From positions 7,945-71,944 of IMG/VR virus record IMGVR_UViG_3300005573_001331: a DNA stretch of 64,000 nucleotides. One strand, given 5' to 3'. Shown here piece after piece: positions 1 through 8,257 of this stretch. The notes beneath the pieces were generated by a model. It searched no databases, had not been told where the DNA came from, and saw only the letters and a list, made by a program, of their open reading frames with translations. The number at the start of each line of letters is the position of its first letter. The first letter of the stretch is position 1. A program made the translations under genes and the position numbers. The stretch comes from a virus. Its lineage: Duplodnaviria; Caudoviricetes.

Positions 1-139
1 CTTTATCAAGCCGCTCAAACCATTGCTCTTTCTCTGCAACCTTCACAGTATCGAGCAAGTGGGTCAAAATTTCTTTAGTAACAGGTTTTTGCCCAATATA
101 ATACTGACCGTCTTCCCATTTTGTGACAAAAGTTCTCAT
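1..139 (-). CDS. Hypothetical protein, truncated by the window edge (MRTFVTKWEDGQYYIGQKPVTKEILTHLLDTVK...)
   Basis: Manually translated. The ATG at 139 overlaps the stop of the upstream gene and the frame stays open to base 1. Confidence 0.5.
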   Translation of the reverse strand, partial: MRTFVTKWEDGQYYIGQKPVTKEILTHLLDTVKVAEKEQWFERLDK

Positions 140-1164
140 CTGTAAAACCCCCTACTCTTGTAATAGTTACTATCAAAAAAGCTAATAAACTCCTGCTTAA
201 ATCTTGGAACAGTACCATCAGGACTAAGATGAAACTCTAGAATCCACCCGCCTAGTTGTGGTGCAAGATGTTTCTTTCTCAAATACACGTCCTGATCTTT
301 TGTTGTTGCGGTTAAGATCGTATGCACATTTCTTATATGCAAATACCCTGCTTGATGATAATGCCCACAAAGAAGAATGTGTGGTTTATCATTTGTATAG
401 CTTTCAACAATCTTCTGCACAGGGTAAGATATAGCATATGGCACTCCTCCACTCGGATGAAAGAGCCTCATTATCACAGCGCCGCGCGAGGTCTTAAATT
501 CTACATCTGCCTCAAGGTAGCCGAGATATTTTAAATCCTCCCTGCCTTGCCTCATCGCTTCATTCTCAATGTATCTCCCCACATCGATTTTCTCTCTCTG
601 CGTCCACCAGCCCTCATGATCGTCTCCTGTTATAAACTTCGTAACAATGCCTTTTCTTACGGGAAAGTTGTCAATCAGGTAATCAGTCTGCCTCGATAAT
701 CCAGTGACCTTTAAATCGTACATGTTAAACTCGGCTTCACCTTCAACTATATTCCCTGTTTGATAAACCTCAGTTACGCCTTCTTGAGCAAAGATATCAT
801 ATAGAGCATTGAGTATGTCCATGCGCTCATACTGCGAAGCAAGATGATTGTCTGATACTACGCCTATCTTGATGTGCCCTCCACTGGTCAATTTAGCCAC
901 ATCAATACGCTGTGGAGGAGCTTTCGGTAAAATTGTTCTAAGTTCAACTATATCATGATTCGAAAACTCAGTTACGTAGCCTTCTCGCTTTATATCGACA
1001 AGAATTTTCTTTACATCGGAAACCTTCAGATCAAGTGACTTGGCGATTTCGGAGATGTAGTTTATCTTTTGGTGCCTCAATAATTCAATTATTGTGTTCT
1101 TTAAAGCGAGACTTTTTATAGCGGTAACCGACTTGGGTTCTCGGACTTCTGAAATTTTAGGCAT
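136..1164 (-). CDS. N-terminal HTH fused to a calcineurin-like metallophosphoesterase
   Basis: HTH-like YISEIAKSLDLKVSDVKKIL; phosphoesterase motifs VSDNH, TGNIVEG, GDDHE, FHP, GHYH. Confidence 0.75.
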   Translation of the reverse strand: MPKISEVREPKSVTAIKSLALKNTIIELLRHQKINYISEIAKSLDLKVSDVKKILVDIKREGYVTEFSNHDIVELRTILPKAPPQRIDVAKLTSGGHIKIGVVSDNHLASQYERMDILNALYDIFAQEGVTEVYQTGNIVEGEAEFNMYDLKVTGLSRQTDYLIDNFPVRKGIVTKFITGDDHEGWWTQREKIDVGRYIENEAMRQGREDLKYLGYLEADVEFKTSRGAVIMRLFHPSGGVPYAISYPVQKIVESYTNDKPHILLCGHYHQAGYLHIRNVHTILTATTKDQDVYLRKKHLAPQLGGWILEFHLSPDGTVPRFKQEFISFFDSNYYKSRGFYR

Positions 1165-1167
1165 ACT

Positions 1168-1446
1168 CTACTTTCTCTTTAATTGTTCTATTGCAGCGCG
1201 ACAACCAAAATACGCCTTGTGATTTATAACTACCTTGTGGTACTTCTTTACGTACGGATGTTTCCCCGCCTCGTTCACTACATCGATACTCTTGTGAATC
1301 TTTGCAGCAGTATCGTATGGATTATAAACGGCATCAGCAGGAAACTTCTCTAATGCTTCAATAACTTTCTGTACTCTTGCGGGGATCTGTAGGCCTGTAC
1401 TTGTGTCACGTAGAGAGACAATTTTTATACCTTTTACGGTCTTCAT
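1168..1446 (-). CDS. Hypothetical protein
   Basis: 92 aa ORF tightly packed in the operon; no motif recognised. Confidence 0.55.
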   Translation of the reverse strand: MKTVKGIKIVSLRDTSTGLQIPARVQKVIEALEKFPADAVYNPYDTAAKIHKSIDVVNEAGKHPYVKKYHKVVINHKAYFGCRAAIEQLKRK

Positions 1447-1492
1447 CTTTCACCTTATAGATTGAATGTTATAATGCGTAATACAACAACAC

Positions 1493-2530
1493 TTAACTAA
1501 CTGCACATTGGGTTGAAATCAATCCTCTTTCCTGCAACAGTGAGTAAAGATCTAATAGGTCGTCATCACCGAGTTCGCTTGCAATCCTTTTTAAGTACTC
1601 TTTTCTGTCTTCCGTTTGCTTCCGCGCTAACTTCTCGAGCTGCCAAGCACGTGAGAAGGCAGGAAAAGCAACAACGGAGAGCTCAAAAAATTGCGGCCCA
1701 AAATTAAGTTCGACGGCTTTTGTAAGTACGATCTTGTTTGACTGGCCATTTATAAGATTATCTGCATCATACTTAGATGTTACAAGATGTGGGATCCACT
1801 CAGGTCGAAGTGTGCCGGCGGTAAGTAAATCTCTCAACTGGTTGCTAGGAGTCATTACATAGGTCCCACGCTTATGTGCTATGTGTTCACAGTACTCATT
1901 GGCAAATCTCGCTTTATTTCCACATACACTGCAAACAGAGTAATCAATGTTTGCTCCCATTGAACATGCAAGTTTCTGACCTGTATCAATCATTCTTATC
2001 AGTCTACTAAGAACTGCCTTGGTCTTCGAGTTTAGCTGTGAGCTAGACTGCGCACTTTCAACCAACCGAGTATCGATTCGCATGAGCACTTCAATGGATC
2101 CGTCCCTTTGATTGGGCATTGAAAGAATAGAGGACCTCACCGAGTTAAATTCGGGAGCTATAAGATCTGCCCACTTCTTCCCCTTGTATTCAGGAGGAAA
2201 AATAAACGCGTCCAAATAAGCATCAGGCAAATCGCCAATACTGCCCGCATATCCCTCGTGTGAATTGTGTTCTACATGTGCGCGTTTGTTTATAAAAGAG
2301 CGATAGCCGTAACCAGGCCTGTCGTCCTCAAAGCCTTCGTAGGGAAACCCATCAGCATTACCATTTGGTCCTGAAGTCGGCCACTCCATGCAGCCAATCG
2401 CTCTGAAGCGAAGGTATCGAAACTCGTCTGTATTAACAGGAATTACCCTCCGAACTCGTTCCTCCGATGAGGTTTTGTACAACCTTACAGGTTTTATAGT
2501 AGTTACCGTATTACATACTTTATACAGCAT
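1493..2530 (-). CDS. Putative prohead (capsid maturation) protease with Zn-ribbon insertion
   Basis: Directly after the portal. NGNADGF, HVEHN, CSMGA, CSVCG...CEHI and FELSVVAFPAF match the herpes/HK97-like protease pattern seen in large phages. Confidence 0.65.
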   Translation of the reverse strand: MLYKVCNTVTTIKPVRLYKTSSEERVRRVIPVNTDEFRYLRFRAIGCMEWPTSGPNGNADGFPYEGFEDDRPGYGYRSFINKRAHVEHNSHEGYAGSIGDLPDAYLDAFIFPPEYKGKKWADLIAPEFNSVRSSILSMPNQRDGSIEVLMRIDTRLVESAQSSSQLNSKTKAVLSRLIRMIDTGQKLACSMGANIDYSVCSVCGNKARFANEYCEHIAHKRGTYVMTPSNQLRDLLTAGTLRPEWIPHLVTSKYDADNLINGQSNKIVLTKAVELNFGPQFFELSVVAFPAFSRAWQLEKLARKQTEDRKEYLKRIASELGDDDLLDLYSLLQERGLISTQCAVS

Positions 2531-4456
2531 TTACTTGCTCCTCCGTTCTTTTAGCATCTTAAGATTTTCATGCTTTATAAAGCTATCATCAGCAAATATT
2601 TGTCTATGTAACTCGCGCTCCTCGGAAGACATCATTGGAGTTGAAGCAGGAGCTGAAGAGGTCTCGCCGCTTGCAGTCTCCGGCGGGCCTCCTGCACCGA
2701 TAGGAGCAGGACCACCACCAACACCAATTGGGCCCTCTGGGAGCCCTCCGAGATCGAGCTCTCCCATGTCCCCTCCTCCTGCAACACCTTTTGCCCCTAC
2801 AAAGGGCTGTAACCCCTCCCGAGCGATCTCAGTGTAAAGCTCTTTTTTCCTTACCAAATCTGCCTTATATGCCTTTATCTGTGTATCCCTATCAAGTTTG
2901 GCAAGACGTGCAAGGGTGCCGTCATCGACTAGGTGTGGAGCTATGTTCCTCAATTTAAGAATGTAGTTTTTCAGCCCTTCATCATAAGCCATTGAAAGGG
3001 CTCCCCAGTCTAGCTCGGGGAATACGTACTCTTTTCGCTGATCAATTTTTCGCTGCTCAGCAACCTTTACAGCTATAAATCGTTGAAACTCCTCGTTGTC
3101 CTTAAAATCGCGAAGCGACGTAAATTGCCTTAATGCGCTCTGTATTAAGCTCTTTTCTTCGACAGCGCCGTACGATTTCGAAGAGCTGTGCGCAGGTCCA
3201 GAAAGAGCCTTTGGTAATCGATAAAATCCGCAGAGATCAGCAACAGGCTTAAATAAGCCATTGTGAACAAAGTTCTCCAGCTTGAGCTGCAAATTGAGAT
3301 AACGTTGTCTTTGCACCTCAAGTGAGACATACGCTTGAGAATAAGCTCCGCCGCCTCCCTGAAGTAGTGTTTCGTGTACATTCAGCCCGATCATTTTTAA
3401 TTTCCAGATCCTGTCGAGTTCAGGGCCTACAGGAAATGTTTTTCCATTGGCTCCGTAAAACTCCACATCGATGCCCCAGTGATATATAATGGAAAAATTT
3501 GGATCTAACTCATAAGCACTAAAGAGATTTCTTACCTCTTCAAGTTCCTCTGCTTGTGGAAGCCACCCAGTAGAGGGATCTCCGACTTTTATCACGGTAA
3601 TCGGTACAGCGTGGCGCGTGGCAAGGGCGTAGTAGGCTTGGTTAAAACGGTCTTCCAGCATCAACCATTTCAGAATGCGCTTTATTAGCGATCTGCCTTT
3701 TGTTTCGTACGGCCTCTTCGCATGTGCAATAAGAAATACGTTATTCGGATCGAGAGGTATTTCTTGATTAAAGAGCACATACTTTACAAGCTCCGGCGGC
3801 AATTGCTCAAAAATAAACTTTGGCGAGTGTGTTGTTACAACTTTTTTTAGTGCCTCGTCAGGAATGAGTTTGATTAAAGGCGTCTGGTTAACCCACGTAC
3901 TCTCAACTTTAACGAAATCCGGATTGAGAATGGCCACCTGCTCCCACATATAAGCATCTGTATCAAAAGCAGCAAAGGGAAACACGTTACCAATCTCGTA
4001 ATACTCCCCAACTATATCTCCAAGAAGCTTCACGCCGCCTATCCGATCCCACATCTCCTCATAATGCTGCTGCACTCCCGCATCCTCACACTGACCGAGT
4101 TTAACCTCTGCCAGTGGGAGCTCTCGGTGTATTGAAAGTGCCGCGCCAACTATTGGGTCAGTTTCTGCGAAAAAGCGATATAGTCCATGTAAGGTGCGCT
4201 CATCAGTTGGTATCGCTAATGTCGAGGAAGTATAGCGTGGGTCATTAAAAGTAGGAGCATTTCTTGTTATGTCAAGAGCTCCGAACTTTTCTTGTGCTTT
4301 TGGGCCAAGCGTAGTCATATTGCCATAAACAGGCAACGGTCCAGGCATCTTTGGGCCCATCTGAACTGAAGAACTAGCCTCTAGCTGTTGCTTTGCTTGC
4401 TTAAAAGCCGCTTCAGTTCCAGGTATAATTGTTTTACCACCAATTAAATAAGACAT
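2531..4456 (-). CDS. Portal protein
   Basis: 641 aa between terminase and protease. DPIVGAALSIHRELP, GNVFPF, LNPDFVKV, PYETKGRSLIKR and P/G-rich C-terminal tail are typical of large-phage portals. Confidence 0.75.
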   Translation of the reverse strand: MSYLIGGKTIIPGTEAAFKQAKQQLEASSSVQMGPKMPGPLPVYGNMTTLGPKAQEKFGALDITRNAPTFNDPRYTSSTLAIPTDERTLHGLYRFFAETDPIVGAALSIHRELPLAEVKLGQCEDAGVQQHYEEMWDRIGGVKLLGDIVGEYYEIGNVFPFAAFDTDAYMWEQVAILNPDFVKVESTWVNQTPLIKLIPDEALKKVVTTHSPKFIFEQLPPELVKYVLFNQEIPLDPNNVFLIAHAKRPYETKGRSLIKRILKWLMLEDRFNQAYYALATRHAVPITVIKVGDPSTGWLPQAEELEEVRNLFSAYELDPNFSIIYHWGIDVEFYGANGKTFPVGPELDRIWKLKMIGLNVHETLLQGGGGAYSQAYVSLEVQRQRYLNLQLKLENFVHNGLFKPVADLCGFYRLPKALSGPAHSSSKSYGAVEEKSLIQSALRQFTSLRDFKDNEEFQRFIAVKVAEQRKIDQRKEYVFPELDWGALSMAYDEGLKNYILKLRNIAPHLVDDGTLARLAKLDRDTQIKAYKADLVRKKELYTEIAREGLQPFVGAKGVAGGGDMGELDLGGLPEGPIGVGGGPAPIGAGGPPETASGETSSAPASTPMMSSEERELHRQIFADDSFIKHENLKMLKERRSK

Positions 4457-4959
4457 TACCCAACACCTTTCTTAACCAAGACATTATACCAATCAAGACC
4501 TGCTGTCCATAGCTGTAAATTCCTCCTGTCTTCCTCATCCATATGTTCGAGATCTTCCCTTATATCATGCTCCCAGTTTTGTTCTCCGACATCAGGATTC
4601 TTATCACTATCATAGATTTGTCTATCTGTACTGTTATCTAGTGCAGGCGCAGTAGGTTCATATTCCCAAAGCCAATTGTTCCTTGTAGTATCATAATCAA
4701 AGCTAGGATCCTGTGAAGATACAAGTTTAAGCGAACTAACAAGTCGGATGTCATTGTCGTATCTATTACTAGGACTACTGTCTTCCAGCTGATCTTCATC
4801 TGCATAAGCATACCAGTCGGTATTAAACTGATATGGTTGTTTGTTAGGCCCGCCTCTGCGCAACTCTTCATCGTCATAAGGTTGCGCAAAGTCCATATCC
4901 TCTGGTTGTCTTCCAGTATCAGGTGTTGTATCTTGATATGTATTCGCTCGTCTACGCAT
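4456..4959 (-). CDS. Acidic hypothetical protein (likely start MRRRANTY at 4959)
   Basis: The ATG at 4959 lies 5 nt past the upstream stop, which avoids the 118-nt overlap of the longer ORF call. D/E/Y/W-rich. Confidence 0.55.
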   Translation of the reverse strand: MRRRANTYQDTTPDTGRQPEDMDFAQPYDDEELRRGGPNKQPYQFNTDWYAYADEDQLEDSSPSNRYDNDIRLVSSLKLVSSQDPSFDYDTTRNNWLWEYEPTAPALDNSTDRQIYDSDKNPDVGEQNWEHDIREDLEHMDEEDRRNLQLWTAGLDWYNVLVKKGVG

Positions 4960-4963
4960 TGTC

Positions 4964-5299
4964 TTACGAACCAGTTGCTGGTGTGGCGGCTGAGTCACTT
5001 TTCTCTGCTGGAGGCAAGGCATTGCTTTGCGTCGGAGTTTCATACTCGGTGCTTGCGATAACCTTTTCGACATACTCAGCAACGCAGGAACCTTTTTGAG
5101 AAGGAGCCGCTAAGTGAAGAAAGATGAGATTATCGTTCAACTCTATTTTATCGTTTTCATACTTTGTTAAGCAGAATATAACGACTTCCTCTCCTTCCGT
5201 AATTAACTGATGGCATTCCGCGCATCGTCTTTCTTTTCCCGTTAACTCGCCGAAGGAGATATTTTCTACCTCGAAGGTAGCTACCGCGTTTAGCTTCAT
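4964..5299 (-). CDS. Hypothetical protein, possible Zn binder
   Basis: CAECH...HL...SC; in-operon spacing. Confidence 0.5.
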   Translation of the reverse strand: MKLNAVATFEVENISFGELTGKERRCAECHQLITEGEEVVIFCLTKYENDKIELNDNLIFLHLAAPSQKGSCVAEYVEKVIASTEYETPTQSNALPPAEKSDSAATPATGS

Positions 5300-5631
5300 T
5301 TTAATGGCCTTCCTATAGCGTCTCTAAAGGCTCTGTCTATCCAGCCCTCTAAAAAGATCGCTTGTCTTGGATTGTTTTTAACAATTTTTGCATAACGCTT
5401 AATTTGCAGTTCTGTTATCTTACATGTCATAATTTGTCCGTTATATAGAACTTTTAGACTGTCGCAGAACTTGCTCAGGCTGTCAACAAGTGTACGTAGA
5501 CTGTCATTCTCGTGTTGAAGATCTTTGACATATTGCACAGCGGGTTTCTCATTTGCAACGCCCCCGCGATTACCATCAGAACCGCAAGAAAAGAAACAAA
5601 AAACAAAAAAGATAAATAAGTATCTCGTCAT
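5296..5631 (-). CDS. Lipoprotein with coiled coil, possible o-spanin-like lysis protein
   Basis: Hydrophobic signal ending FFSC (lipobox-like Cys); directly downstream of the endolysin. Confidence 0.45.
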   Translation of the reverse strand: MTRYLFIFFVFCFFSCGSDGNRGGVANEKPAVQYVKDLQHENDSLRTLVDSLSKFCDSLKVLYNGQIMTCKITELQIKRYAKIVKNNPRQAIFLEGWIDRAFRDAIGRPLK

Positions 5632-6026
5632 GCCTGCTTTGCCTCTTTATAGAAACTTCTCGCAGTGGCCAAACCCATATTTACCGCAACATCAAACAGC
5701 TTATTTGCAACTTGTTGGCTAACCTCATTGTCAAGATTAAGAGCATCCCAATAATTCTGTTTATAAAACTCTTGTACAAGGGTGGACAATTCTTCATCAG
5801 CTTTAAGTGCCAATTCGAGCTTTCGACGGGTATCGTTGTCACAGTCCAACGTATTCGTTATAGAAAGACGCTGCTTTATGGCATCAATGTGAGTCCAGCC
5901 TTTCCAGTCCGGATGCCATTTCCTAGCTATTCCTCTGTAGGTTTCCCCTCCAGAATCGCTTGAATTATTACTATAACCTCCTTCATTGCTACTTGTGTCT
6001 TTAAATGCTTGCTTAAAATCTGCCAT
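5628..6026 (-). CDS. Endolysin, glycoside hydrolase family 108
   Basis: EGGYSNNSSDSGGETYRGIA, YKQNYW and LFDVAVNMG are hallmark GH108 motifs. Confidence 0.85.
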   Translation of the reverse strand: MADFKQAFKDTSSNEGGYSNNSSDSGGETYRGIARKWHPDWKGWTHIDAIKQRLSITNTLDCDNDTRRKLELALKADEELSTLVQEFYKQNYWDALNLDNEVSQQVANKLFDVAVNMGLATARSFYKEAKQA

Positions 6027-6084
6027 ATGCTACCTAAGTTTTACAATTTGATTCTCTTATAATTAGCTATTATAGCGAAAAGAA

Positions 6085-6936
6085 TCAAAAGAGCTTTGAA
6101 GCTATTTTTGCTATGTCAAGATTGTAAAATACGCCAAGTGATACATACCTAGCAAAGGGGTAATAAGTGATGTTCATATACTTATAATACAACATGGCAC
6201 TTGCATCAAGGTTAAGATTGATGGTATGATTGCTACTGTTTACGTTGTCAAAACCTAAATTCGCTCTCAAAAGCACGCCAAGTGGAGGAAAAGCGCGTAC
6301 TGTCTGCACAGTTTTGTTTTCTACCACGGTCATGAGACCATTATACACGCTCGAATCGATGTAAACATGTACATTTTGTATCTTGATCCCAGGAACAAGA
6401 GAAGAGGTCTTTGATAGGAGCAATTTATTTGCATAGTCATAAAATAATGAGTCAGTAGTAAGAATAGGTGCAAATACACCCGTTAACTGATAGGAGGGAG
6501 CGAGAGTCGAAGGAGGCAAATAATACTCCGTGTAACCATGGTAAAAGAAAACTTTATTTACCTGTCCCTCAAAATTGACTCTGACGTACTTGTTTCCTGC
6601 GCTATCCTTGAGAGTATTAGCAAGCGCATTGCCATTATTTTTAAAACTATCCAACACAACCTGCATCTGCTGGATGTATATTAACATCTTCTTCTTGTCA
6701 TGCTCAAGATTTGTACTTAGCACAGCAAGAATTTGTATTGAATCCGCCTTTTGTTGCAGCTGTTGCTGGTAGGCTAACTCATTTTGATGCGATTGCTGTT
6801 TTATCAATGCAAGCTCTCTTGCTTGCCTTTGCATGGTACGTACAACAATTACGAGTGAAGTAGTTAGCCCGATGATAAGAACAACCAGCCATTTCCAAGG
6901 GGGATTGTTCATCCAATGTATTATACTTACAAGCAC
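6085..6936 (-). CDS. Membrane-anchored coiled-coil protein, possible i-spanin-like
   Basis: N-terminal TM helix (WLVVLIIGLTTSLVIVV), Q-rich coiled coil, beta-rich C-terminus; just upstream of the endolysin. Confidence 0.45.
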   Translation of the reverse strand: MLVSIIHWMNNPPWKWLVVLIIGLTTSLVIVVRTMQRQARELALIKQQSHQNELAYQQQLQQKADSIQILAVLSTNLEHDKKKMLIYIQQMQVVLDSFKNNGNALANTLKDSAGNKYVRVNFEGQVNKVFFYHGYTEYYLPPSTLAPSYQLTGVFAPILTTDSLFYDYANKLLLSKTSSLVPGIKIQNVHVYIDSSVYNGLMTVVENKTVQTVRAFPPLGVLLRANLGFDNVNSSNHTINLNLDASAMLYYKYMNITYYPFARYVSLGVFYNLDIAKIASKLF

Positions 6937-7266
6937 TCAGTCTTCCTTGTCAGTTGCAGGTCTTGATTTGATCTGTCGCATTGGCCATCGATTCGAAACA
7001 TACTGCAATCCAAACACACTGTTTCCTGGCAGATGCACAAGCTCTTGTTTGTCCTTATCTGACAATCGTATTTCCCAAATGCTCCACTTCTCTCTGTCAT
7101 CAAAACCCTTTATAGAGTCGTAATCAGCCCATACAACCACATACTTGCGATTGATGTGCTGGTCTTGTGGAAGGATACCGAATGCTACTGGATTGAATCC
7201 AGCTGGCACAACAGTAAAAACAGTGTTAAAGTATAAATCAGCTTGTTTAACGTGGTGTGAGCGCAT
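6937..7266 (-). CDS. Hypothetical protein
   Basis: 109 aa in-operon ORF. Confidence 0.5.
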   Translation of the reverse strand: MRSHHVKQADLYFNTVFTVVPAGFNPVAFGILPQDQHINRKYVVVWADYDSIKGFDDREKWSIWEIRLSDKDKQELVHLPGNSVFGLQYVSNRWPMRQIKSRPATDKED

Positions 7267-7924
7267 AGGCTGTTATCTTCTCTGTTACTTTAAAGGTTTC
7301 ACGATCTTTTTCATTAGGAGGAGCTGGCGTAAACTGGGGCATGTGTCCCTGCCACAACTTGGCTTCAGGATAAGCTTCTCTTAGCTTTATTAAGTAATTT
7401 GCTTCAAGATCTACCAATTCAGAAATTGCATTCTCTACACAGTTCTCTTCTTCAAACGCATGAGCATTTGTCGATAGAAATGTCTCTCCTACCATTCGCA
7501 TGCCCGAAACAGGAGTAGACATAAACTCAACTGCTTTGGTTGTTCGAAAGGCTTTTAATTTACTCTGATGCAAAGGGCTGAATATAAGATTTTGAAAACT
7601 GAAGGACTGAACAGGTGAACTCAGACTATCTACTTCGGTCGGAGACGCCACGCCGAGAGCAGGAATATTTTTCGCTTTTAACCTCTCATTACGTTGCTGT
7701 ACTGTCTCCTCGGATGCCGCGCCTTCCGCTTGCGACTCTGGCTCGGCAGCGGAACCTAGTGTAGCGAGTCTTTTCGCTACATCCTGTACCGCTTTCTCGA
7801 CCGCCTTGTCTTCGAGGGAGAAAGAGAAGGCTAAATCTGCCCCCTCTATCCCACCATACACGGCTTCAAGAGAGGAAGCCTCAAATGTAACTTGCTGCTC
7901 ATTAAAAAATAAAATGACTTTCAT
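7247..7924 (-). CDS. Hypothetical protein
   Basis: 225 aa ORF starting immediately after the upstream TGA. Confidence 0.6.
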   Translation of the reverse strand: MKVILFFNEQQVTFEASSLEAVYGGIEGADLAFSFSLEDKAVEKAVQDVAKRLATLGSAAEPESQAEGAASEETVQQRNERLKAKNIPALGVASPTEVDSLSSPVQSFSFQNLIFSPLHQSKLKAFRTTKAVEFMSTPVSGMRMVGETFLSTNAHAFEEENCVENAISELVDLEANYLIKLREAYPEAKLWQGHMPQFTPAPPNEKDRETFKVTEKITAYALTPR

Positions 7925-8221
7925 TCACACTCCTACAATTTCTCCGTTGATCTTTAGTGGCCACATTCCGTTTGTTTGAAACGGAATATTAAGAACTTGA
8001 AAATCGATAATATTGCTGACTAAGAACTGTCTTATGGTATCATTTCTCATAGTGTCCCATAGCCAAATCACAGTTTCACCAGATTTATTAGCCCCTATCT
8101 CGTAGATTCCTCCAGTATGTTGAACAATCTCGCCTGTGGTCTTCTTTTGATAGGAAAGTGATACCTGCAACTTATTTCTAATAGCGGTTGCTACTGCGTC
8201 GAAATTTGTTGTTAGATCCAT
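7925..8221 (-). CDS. Stand-alone WYL-domain protein
   Basis: AIRNKLQVSLSY...IWLWD...IRQFLVSNIIDFQVLNIPF follows the WYL pattern (AI...Y...R.F...I...F). Confidence 0.6.
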   Translation of the reverse strand: MDLTTNFDAVATAIRNKLQVSLSYQKKTTGEIVQHTGGIYEIGANKSGETVIWLWDTMRNDTIRQFLVSNIIDFQVLNIPFQTNGMWPLKINGEIVGV

Positions 8222-8257
8222 ATGCGTTTCTCATTTATTATAATACACTAACTTTCA

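Noticed and set aside
4960-5082. Extended N-terminus of the 4456 ORF, including a KLRRKA motif
   Set aside because: It overlaps the upstream gene by 118 nt. The ATG at 4959 fits better, so this motif was not counted as a cleavage site.
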